Shown here one piece after another: positions 57,085-64,000 of a stretch of DNA of 64,000 nt. Source of the stretch: Deltaproteobacteria bacterium (lineage in GTDB: Bacteria; Desulfobacterota; Desulfomonilia; UBA1062). Each line of letters starts with the position of its first letter. The first letter of the stretch is position 1. The stretch spans positions 10,184-74,183 of the forward strand of contig DSBG01000042.1 in the NCBI GenBank assembly GCA_011046135.1, in the 5' to 3' direction. The notes under the pieces were generated by a model. That model had not been told where the DNA came from, searched no databases, and saw only the letters and a list, made by a program, of their open reading frames with translations. The translations under genes and the position numbers were made by a program.

Positions 57085-58483
57085 GGGTTGTCTCGCAGGT
57101 TATGCTAAATACCGCGTTCTTCTCCGTGTGACTGAACGTGGCCCTTTTTACGACGAACCGTTTCTGAATATCGGTGAGGTACCTTGTAAAGAGACTCTTG
57201 GAGAGGGGGTATGGTGAGTCGACGATACCATCGATCTCCACGGAAAATGAACTGATCTTGAGGGCCCTGTGCTGGGGCATCGGTGGCGGAACGACCCGTG
57301 CCCCTCCGGCATCGGGTTCGACCGGGCGGCTCACCTCGATCTTTTGAATGAACATACTGCCCGGTACGTTCTCGGAGATGGCGCTGAGAGTAAGGTGGAG
57401 TTTTGGTTCGGCCTGAAACGCCTGGTAGGTCTCGATGATGGTGTTCATCTGGGAAAGATCCACCTTTGAACTCAAGGCGAGGTAATCCTGTTCGAGTGCC
57501 CTGAGTTCATGGATGCTCTTCTCATAAGCTTCCTGCATATCCTTCTGGTAGGCTTCGGCCTCATCGGCATTGGTCATTCCCAGGGAAAAGAGAGCGGCCG
57601 ACACAGCAAGAAGGACGAGAGAGAGTGCAAGGGAAATTCTGGAGTACCTGAGAATCCTCTTTGTCTGGCAATAGCTCTGGGGAGTGAAGTCATACTGCGT
57701 GGTGATGGCGGTTCCGAACAGGACGATGCCCATGGTCGTTTCATCACCGAGGGCGTCCTCTGGAAGGGGTTCCGCCTGGATACCCCTTTCGTTGAGATCT
57801 TGGGTGGTGATTTCACCGGAACCCACCTTGAAAACCCTGCTGACGTGTTCGTGATAGGAGTTCTTGAGCAGGGAGAACATCTCCTGGATCCCCGAGACGG
57901 TTTCCGAGACGAGGTCATACGATTCGGCCGAGGAGATCGTGATCAGGTAGTGAATCATGCCTCTTTTTGATGCGATGATCCGCACGAACCGCGCATCCTC
58001 ATACACGGTGACAACCATGTTCCTGTCGGTCTTTGCCACCGCAGAAGCGAGTGCGGCTTCAATGGGGCAGCACGAATCGAGCACCGCCTCTCTTTCATCG
58101 AGGATGCCGATTTTTTCGATTTCGCTCATTGGTGTGACGATGTATGAGAACCGGGCGCGTGAACCATCCAGGTCGTTCATTTTGCAGGAGGCGATCTGGT
58201 ATTCTTCCTTGAACAGCCCTATCTTGTCGACACTGGCCCTGATGTGGGCTGCGGTGGCCTCCTCGCTCACACTGGTGAACTCCCCGATATCTGCGTAGAC
58301 AGAACGGGGAGAGAAACACACCTTCAGGCAGCGCCCCCGGCGGGAGAGCCTTTTGAGGCTTGAAGAATCGAGGGTTTTAAGCCCTTTGAGAAATACTTTT
58401 TCACCGACCACGCGAAACGAGCACAGGGAGTGCTCGTCATCTCCGAGAACCACGGAATATCCTTTTTTCAAACCGAGAATCAT
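57071..58483 (-). CDS. PilM/PilN-like fusion (GspL-type architecture)
   Basis: Cytoplasmic N-terminal domain, one TM (SLALSLVLLAVSAALF), coiled coil, ISENVPGSMFIQKIEV PilN-like end. Confidence 0.65.
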   Translation of the reverse strand: MILGLKKGYSVVLGDDEHSLCSFRVVGEKVFLKGLKTLDSSSLKRLSRRGRCLKVCFSPRSVYADIGEFTSVSEEATAAHIRASVDKIGLFKEEYQIASCKMNDLDGSRARFSYIVTPMSEIEKIGILDEREAVLDSCCPIEAALASAVAKTDRNMVVTVYEDARFVRIIASKRGMIHYLITISSAESYDLVSETVSGIQEMFSLLKNSYHEHVSRVFKVGSGEITTQDLNERGIQAEPLPEDALGDETTMGIVLFGTAITTQYDFTPQSYCQTKRILRYSRISLALSLVLLAVSAALFSLGMTNADEAEAYQKDMQEAYEKSIHELRALEQDYLALSSKVDLSQMNTIIETYQAFQAEPKLHLTLSAISENVPGSMFIQKIEVSRPVEPDAGGARVVPPPMPQHRALKISSFSVEIDGIVDSPYPLSKSLFTRYLTDIQKRFVVKRATFSHTEKNAVFSITCETTHEIL

Positions 58484-58597
58484 CTTTTCCGCTCTCTCCT
58501 GCCGGTGTGCACCTGTCTTTTGTGTAACGTTGCAGCATACAGGTACGCTTCAGTTTCCATCATGTGTTCGGATTTTCTCAAGGATTTCTTGATGGGT

Positions 58598-59260
58598 TTA
58601 TTCTTTAAGGATTCCATGCAGATAGGTGATACTCACAGCATCGAGGATATCGTCATTATCCGATGTGTAGGTCCCGCTAGGCGCTGAGAACTGATTGTCG
58701 TCGTGAATGTCAACCCGCCCGTTCCCGTTGTCGTCGTTGGGTGGATCCACCTGGAGATTTTCTCCCGAAGACAGGACAACAAAGGCAGCCTGGAAGGTTC
58801 CGTTGTCACAGAAGAGGTCCGGGGTACGCACCCCCGTGATCAGCTCACGAAGGCGAATCTGGAACTCCTCCCTGTTGGTGGTTCCGGTGAGGGCAGGTTC
58901 GACCGCGTAGAAAAGGGTTCGCAGGGAGACATCCTTTCCCCGTACCCCGATGGTTGCATAGGGGAGGTATCCCTGCAGACGCCCGGACGTTTCTGTTCCG
59001 TTCTCGCTCGAAGCGGCAAAGGGCAGCCTTCCCGTTGCCAGGGCGTATCCCAGGATCGATGTTTTCACCTCCCTGACCAGGACCCTGTTCTCTCTGACCT
59101 TGTTCTGCTTGATCAGCATGGGCAGGATCTCTGAGCCCATACCGAGGAGCAGCCCGATGATCACCAGGACAAAGGCGAGTTCGATCAGGGTGAAGCCGGC
59201 TCTGGTCGATGACGTGCCAGATGAACGCCATGGAAGGATCCTTGCAGCTACCTGATCCAT
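58598..59260 (-). CDS. Minor type IV pilin/pseudopilin
   Basis: Start MDQVAAR (ATG 59260); AG|FTLIELAFVLVIIGLL class III signal. Confidence 0.88.
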   Translation of the reverse strand: MDQVAARILPWRSSGTSSTRAGFTLIELAFVLVIIGLLLGMGSEILPMLIKQNKVRENRVLVREVKTSILGYALATGRLPFAASSENGTETSGRLQGYLPYATIGVRGKDVSLRTLFYAVEPALTGTTNREEFQIRLRELITGVRTPDLFCDNGTFQAAFVVLSSGENLQVDPPNDDNGNGRVDIHDDNQFSAPSGTYTSDNDDILDAVSITYLHGILKE

Positions 59261-59261
59261 C

Positions 59262-60476
59262 TCATCCTCCTCCGAGCTGCGAAATGAGGTCGTAGACAGG
59301 ACCGATGAGGGATATGATGATGAAGATGAACAATCCACCGGCAATGAGCATGACCACGGGCTCGATCATTTTCCCCATGATATCGACAAACCTCGTGGTC
59401 CGCTCCTGGTAGTACCCGGCCAGGTAGTTCAGCCGCTGATCCAGCGTCCCGGTTTTTTCCCCCACGCTGATCATCTTGATTGTGATGGCATCGAAAAACG
59501 CGGTCTGCCTGAAGGCCTCCAGGAGCGAGTCTCCCTTGTTCGTCGCCTCCTGCATGCAGGAGATGATGGACGTTATCACCGGGTTCTTCAGGACCTGGCC
59601 CAGGACATCGAGGGCCTTGGTGAGGGTCACTCCTGCGTGGAGCATCAGGGCCATGTTGGAGAAGAATATGGTCAGGGATGAATACTTCAGAAGATCTCCA
59701 ACTATCGGAATCCTGAAGGTAAGATGGGCGAGATAGAAGCGGGTGGGCTCGAATCGTTGCAGGATCACCAGGAGGATCGTGCAGGCAGCCAGTGCACTGG
59801 GGTAGAGATACCAGTACTCCCTGGAGAGATCGACGAAATGAACGAGGTTGACGGTGATGTCGGGGAGCTGCACATCGATGTCATGGAACGTTTCCACGAG
59901 GCGGGGCAGCACGAAGAACAGCCAGAACAGCATCACGCACAGCATGGCGCTGATGACGAAGGCGGGGTAGATCAGGGCCCTCTTCACCTGGGACACGATT
60001 GCATCGACCCTCTGGAGGTGTTCAGCCGTGTTTTGAAAGGCGTTCGAGATTGTTCCCGTTTCCTCTCCGATGCTGCAGAAGAACACGAGGATGTCGGGAA
60101 AAATGTGGGGCTGGTGAGCGAAGGCCCCGGAGAGTGATTCTCCCTTCGAGATCTGCCTGATGACTTCATCGATAGCCCTTTTGAGCCGTCTCCCCTTGGT
60201 GGTCTCCTTGATGCTCTCCATGGAATCGAGCAGGGGGAGACCGCTGCCAAGCATTGAGGCGAGAGATTCACAGAACTCGGCGATTTCAAGACGATCCACC
60301 CTGGGGTGCAGCCGCTCTCTAAGGTCATGAATCAGGGTGAACCTGTTTCTGCGATAGCTGAGAAGGGTGAGATCCTGTGTGGAGAGGGTATCGAGCAGCT
60401 CATGGATGCCGGAAAAGTTTCCTTTCGCACTGATCACGGTCCCATCCTGTGTCTGGGCACAGTACGAATACATCAT
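59262..60476 (-). CDS. pilC: Type IV pilus platform protein (PilC/MshG/GspF)
   Basis: LASMLGSGLPLL, GEETGTI, ALIYP, GEKTGTL, IEP; 3 TM segments. Confidence 0.93.
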   Translation of the reverse strand: MMYSYCAQTQDGTVISAKGNFSGIHELLDTLSTQDLTLLSYRRNRFTLIHDLRERLHPRVDRLEIAEFCESLASMLGSGLPLLDSMESIKETTKGRRLKRAIDEVIRQISKGESLSGAFAHQPHIFPDILVFFCSIGEETGTISNAFQNTAEHLQRVDAIVSQVKRALIYPAFVISAMLCVMLFWLFFVLPRLVETFHDIDVQLPDITVNLVHFVDLSREYWYLYPSALAACTILLVILQRFEPTRFYLAHLTFRIPIVGDLLKYSSLTIFFSNMALMLHAGVTLTKALDVLGQVLKNPVITSIISCMQEATNKGDSLLEAFRQTAFFDAITIKMISVGEKTGTLDQRLNYLAGYYQERTTRFVDIMGKMIEPVVMLIAGGLFIFIIISLIGPVYDLISQLGGG

Positions 60477-62107
60477 CTGAGAACCCTTCGCGCCTCGATA
60501 AAGCTGGTTTTTCCGGAGAGGATCTTCCTGGCTCCATCGCCCACAAGGGTGTACATCCCCTCTTCGATGGCCTTATCCTTGATCTCGAAGGGATGGGCTC
60601 CTCCAGAAATGAGGCGTTCCACCTCCTTTGAGACCACGAGAATTTCTGCAACCATACTTCTTCCCAGGTACCCGGTTCTCAGACATTTCGGACACCCTGC
60701 CGGGGCATACACCGCTGTTCCTGGTTGTATTCCAAAGACCCTGAGCTCCTCGTCTCCCGAGTCATAGGGCTCTTTACAGAATGGGCACAATGCCCGCACC
60801 AGCCTCTGGGCAATGACGCACAGCAAGGACGAGGAGATCATGAAATCCTTCATGCCGAGATCCTTGAGCCTGGGGATGGCGCTGACCGCATCGTTGGCAT
60901 GGAGCGTCGAGAGCACGAGATGCCCGGTCTGTGAAGCACGAAGCCCCATGGTCGCCGTATCGTTGTCCCTGACCTCTCCGATGAGGATCACATCAGGATC
61001 CTGCCTGAGAAAGGCTCGTACTGCGCTCGAGAAGGTATAGCCGGCCTTTTCGTTGACCTGTGTCTGTCTGATGAGGGGGAACCGGTACTCGATGGGGTCT
61101 TCAACGGTTACGATGTTCTTTTCGATGGAATTGATCTCCCTCAGGGCTGCATACAGGGTCGTGGTCTTGCCTGAGCCGGTGGGCCCCGACACGATGATCA
61201 TTCCGAAGGGTTTCAGGAGGATTTCCTTGAGTGTGCTGATATCTTCCTGATCGAGTCCGAGACTCTTTACATTGTAGAGTTCCTCGGAGCTGGAAAGAAT
61301 CCTCATGACCAGATTCTCCCCGTAGGTTACCCTCAGGGTTGAAAGACGGACATCGTAGTTCTCGTTGAGAAAATCATAGGTGAGGCGACCATCTTGAGGT
61401 TTTCTCTGTTCAGAGATATCCATTTCTGCCTTGATCTTGATGGTGGAGACTATCCGCTGGTGTATCTCGATGGGGAAGGTGTAGAACGGGTAAAGAATTC
61501 CGTCGATCCGGTAGTGAACCTGCGTCGTTTTGTTGGTGGGCGTGATATGGATATCGGTGGCGCGTGCATTGATGGCAGACATCATGAGAAGGGAAAAGAG
61601 CTTTTCGGTTTCGACATCATGGGGGGCGTGTCTGGAACGTTCCAGCTGCTCGTAGATTTCATCCTCTATCGGGTGCTCAAGGAGGTAGTAATCCTTCTCG
61701 ATGTGGTTTCGTATCTGCGAGAGAGATGATGCAACGAACCGGATACGTTTTTTCGTGATCCTGGAGGTGAGATCCAGGAGTTTCGAATTATCGGGTTCAC
61801 TGGTTGCAACGACCAGGGTCGTATCCTCAACGCCTACGGGCAGCAATGAATTGTCCCTGGCAAACTGGACAGGAAGGGAGGTGAGCGCTTCCTTCGGGGG
61901 GAAGAGATTTCTCAGTTCCAGAAAATCGATCTCGCACTGTTTCGCGATGGCCTGGGCAAGTTCTGTCTGGGTCACGAGACCGAGGCGGAGCAGGATGTCG
62001 CCGACTCTCTCGCGGGTGGCCTTCTGTTCGATGAGGGCCAGGTCTATTCCCTGGTCAGAGATGATCCCTTCATCCCTGAGTAGATCTCCTATCCTCTTTC
62101 TCTCCAT
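60473..62107 (-). CDS. pilB: Pilus extension ATPase (PilB/MshE/GspE) with N-terminal MshEN motifs
   Basis: RIGDLLRDEGII...EQ and RVGDILLRLGLV...KQ; GPTGSGKTT; LRQDPDVILIGEVRD; CPFC...CPKC. Confidence 0.93.
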   Translation of the reverse strand: MERKRIGDLLRDEGIISDQGIDLALIEQKATRERVGDILLRLGLVTQTELAQAIAKQCEIDFLELRNLFPPKEALTSLPVQFARDNSLLPVGVEDTTLVVATSEPDNSKLLDLTSRITKKRIRFVASSLSQIRNHIEKDYYLLEHPIEDEIYEQLERSRHAPHDVETEKLFSLLMMSAINARATDIHITPTNKTTQVHYRIDGILYPFYTFPIEIHQRIVSTIKIKAEMDISEQRKPQDGRLTYDFLNENYDVRLSTLRVTYGENLVMRILSSSEELYNVKSLGLDQEDISTLKEILLKPFGMIIVSGPTGSGKTTTLYAALREINSIEKNIVTVEDPIEYRFPLIRQTQVNEKAGYTFSSAVRAFLRQDPDVILIGEVRDNDTATMGLRASQTGHLVLSTLHANDAVSAIPRLKDLGMKDFMISSSLLCVIAQRLVRALCPFCKEPYDSGDEELRVFGIQPGTAVYAPAGCPKCLRTGYLGRSMVAEILVVSKEVERLISGGAHPFEIKDKAIEEGMYTLVGDGARKILSGKTSFIEARRVLR

Positions 62108-62321
62108 GGTTTTTCACCTGGTCCCAGGAATTCGATCGGCTCCCGGTTCCTGATAAGCTCATTTTTCGATCTCTTCGATGTGTGCCCCACTTGGGGGATT
62201 GCATCGTGAGACAGTCCTTCCTGAAATGACGATCACCCGGCTCCTGGAACATCCCGGGAGCAGGCAAGGAGAACCTCCCTGCGTCCCAGGGGTCTTTTTG
62301 GAAGAGACGCAGAAAAGCCCG

Positions 62322-62885
62322 CTACATTCTCCAGTAGACCACCTTGGCGTTCGTGTTGGTATACGCGGAGTTGGCCCGGATGGATCCGGTATTGTACACT
62401 CCGTCATCGTATTTCCTGTCCAGGAGCTCGGCGATGTCATAGGGAATGGCATTGAGCCAGATACAGTTTGACTGCAGCGAGGCATACCACTCGATTCTGA
62501 GCCAGCTCCCGAAAGGATGAGTGGGGACGTCGTTGGCAACCCCTGCGTAACTCCCGTTGATGATCTCGGCAAGGACCAGATCCTCGAAGAGATACCAGCG
62601 CTCGTTTCCGGTGATCTGGCCGTCCCCGTTCCCGTTGTGCGTGTCATTCCTGGGTGCGTTCGCAATGTTTTCGTCCCCGGGATACATGCCATACTTGTCG
62701 TAGAACGTGTAGTATGCCGCGGTGATCGACTCCTTCTGGTTCACGAGTTTCTTGACCTTGGCGTTCTGGATGAGCGCCTCACCCTTGAGGACACCGGTGA
62801 TGAGCAACCCGATGATAACAAGTACCAGCGCGAGTTCCACCAGGGTAAAACCGTGTTTGTGTGCCTTTCTCAGCCGTTCCATCAT
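62322..62885 (-). CDS. Probable major type IV pilin
   Basis: AAGGAGG RBS; short basic leader; HG|FTLVELALVLVIIGLL; first gene of the cluster. Confidence 0.9.
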   Translation of the reverse strand: MMERLRKAHKHGFTLVELALVLVIIGLLITGVLKGEALIQNAKVKKLVNQKESITAAYYTFYDKYGMYPGDENIANAPRNDTHNGNGDGQITGNERWYLFEDLVLAEIINGSYAGVANDVPTHPFGSWLRIEWYASLQSNCIWLNAIPYDIAELLDRKYDDGVYNTGSIRANSAYTNTNAKVVYWRM

Positions 62886-63093
62886 ACGCCTCCTTGCGAG
62901 AATATGCTCTCGTGCAGGTGTATTCGGAATTTCATATGCTTGACTTTAATGATTCACGGCAGCACCGGGAGAACAGCACACGATTACTCCCCGGGCCTGG
63001 TTTTGGGGGAGACCGAGGCAGAAGGAAACGTCGATCCTCTCAAGGTGAACCTTGGAGGAGCTCAGATCAGAACCAGATGTGGTGGTGTTGAGT

Positions 63094-63942
63094 TCACTCG
63101 TTGATCCCGACGAGTCTGGTGCCGAGTGGTTCCCACTTCATTCCCTTCAGGGATGAGATATCCTCCTGGTGAACATGCCCGTCCCAGGAGAGGTATTCCA
63201 GAAGCGAGGCGTTAAGGTCGATGAGGGGACCGAAGGATCTGCCCGAGGAGAGATCTCGTGACGAGAGCATCTCGCCGGTCAAAGCATCGAGGGTGATGAT
63301 CCGGGTTCTGCCCGAATCGAGGCCGCTCAACGGTTGGTGGGCATCCCACTGGGATATGCGGACCTCTGAATCCATGACCAGGGTGATCAGGGGAATTCCG
63401 GGTTCGAGCGCGGCAGCCCAGAGGATTCCCTCCGTTGACAGGCAGCACAGGGATGACGCTGAAACAGCCACGACCAGGGGTTTCTTGTGCCAGGTGAAGA
63501 CGCGCAGATCAATAACTGGCTCCCCCATCGATGTAACCAGGATATTCGCAAGGGAAAGATCCTGATCGAAGAGATAGACGAGGCCGGAATGAGTTCCTGC
63601 CAGCACCTTTCCCCAGCGAGGATCGTATTTCAGGGCAGTGATCGTGTGAGTTGCCTGAAACTCGCACAGGACCGTACCCAGATTCAGCTCGATGGATTGA
63701 AGTATCTGGCCGTCAGCAAGGTAGACACTCGACTCCGAGGCATCCATGAGGTCTCCCTGTTTCATCCAGGAGAGTTCCGGGCCTTCGGAAAGGCAGGATA
63801 TCATGCCACGGGCATTTGGCCCTGTGATGATCTTTCCTCCTCGCAGACAGATGTTTCCCCCGACACCCCTGATCATCCAGGAAAGGCTCCGTGTCGGGAT
63901 ATGAAGGCTGAACAGGCAGTCCTGCAGTGATGAACAGATCAC
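63094..63942 (-). CDS. Hypothetical beta-propeller-like protein (start uncertain near window edge)
   Basis: Repeated beta-strand patterns (ITALKYD, VLAGTHSGLVYLFD, IITLDALTGE). Confidence 0.5.
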   Translation of the reverse strand: MICSSLQDCLFSLHIPTRSLSWMIRGVGGNICLRGGKIITGPNARGMISCLSEGPELSWMKQGDLMDASESSVYLADGQILQSIELNLGTVLCEFQATHTITALKYDPRWGKVLAGTHSGLVYLFDQDLSLANILVTSMGEPVIDLRVFTWHKKPLVVAVSASSLCCLSTEGILWAAALEPGIPLITLVMDSEVRISQWDAHQPLSGLDSGRTRIITLDALTGEMLSSRDLSSGRSFGPLIDLNASLLEYLSWDGHVHQEDISSLKGMKWEPLGTRLVGINE

Positions 63943-64000
63943 GGATGAACCGTTGAATCCCAGTGCAGACAGAGGGCCTCGAACGTAGAGAGAGGAATCT

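Noticed and set aside
58484-58563. 27-aa leader-like ORF before the PilM/N gene
   Set aside because: No convincing RBS or motif; likely chance
62240-62310. c-di-GMP-I riboswitch suggested by GGGACGCA after the pilin gene
   Set aside because: Lacks the GCAAAC...GAAA P2 stem and the AAAGC continuation
62322-62885. Electrically conductive (e-)pilin, about 22 aromatics in 175 mature residues
   Set aside because: 44-residue aromatic-free gap after F1 and no aromatics at Geobacter positions 24/27; the criterion itself is disputed
1-64000. Genome-wide UGA reassignment
   Set aside because: Many conserved genes (rpmH, rpoH, proC, recJ) end at TGA at the expected length, so the internal UGAs are local events
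1-64000. Long antisense ORFs in the track (e.g. 30909-32381, 36511-37572, 2284-3159, 29812-30690)
   Set aside because: Shadow frames of well-supported genes in a GC-rich genome; no motifs
1-64000. tRNA (including selC), rRNA, CRISPR arrays, IS elements, prophage, parS/CIRCE boxes
   Set aside because: No matching signatures seen by eye; tRNAscan-SE and cmscan would be decisive

Overview
Housekeeping-rich chromosome segment (GC roughly mid-50s%, by eye) from an anaerobic deltaproteobacterium (Desulfobacterota-like; inferred from gene content). From 5' to 3' it holds: a tandem class-III aminotransferase pair; a siroheme/alternative-heme operon (TPR-HTH, hydrolase, sirC, ccsA/hemX, hemA, hemC, cobA-hemD, ahbC); a UGA-interrupted exported DUF1573-type protein upstream of murJ; a sigma-54 promoter driving a 41-aa ORF and a degenerate GAF-GGDEF-HD-GYP gene; an NtrC-type regulator; a UGA-interrupted alanine dehydrogenase; a coaBC-udg-nfeD-mnmA-recJ run; a TPR-MglA-TPR-DUF4388 module; dppDF-like ATPases; rpsT/holA/lptE/leuS; a PBP1A-LysM-MltD cluster; rpoH; an rpmH-rnpA-yidD-yidC-jag-mnmE-rsmG operon detached from dnaA, mnmG and parAB; pgeF-coaE; proC; and an MSHA-like type IV pilus cluster. 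I saw no tRNA, rRNA, CRISPR array or mobile element. The best signals are ones the ORF track hides. (1) An in-frame UGA with a SECIS-like hairpin gives a secreted protein with a vicinal Cys-Sec (PCUG) motif. (2) A second in-frame UGA in an otherwise full-length ald is either Sec or a nonsense mutation. (3) A full sigma-54/IHF/UAS-like promoter drives an uncalled small protein. (4) Two apparent pseudo-enzymes are present. (5) mnmE appears to start at AUA. All family calls come from motif recognition by eye; no database searches were run.
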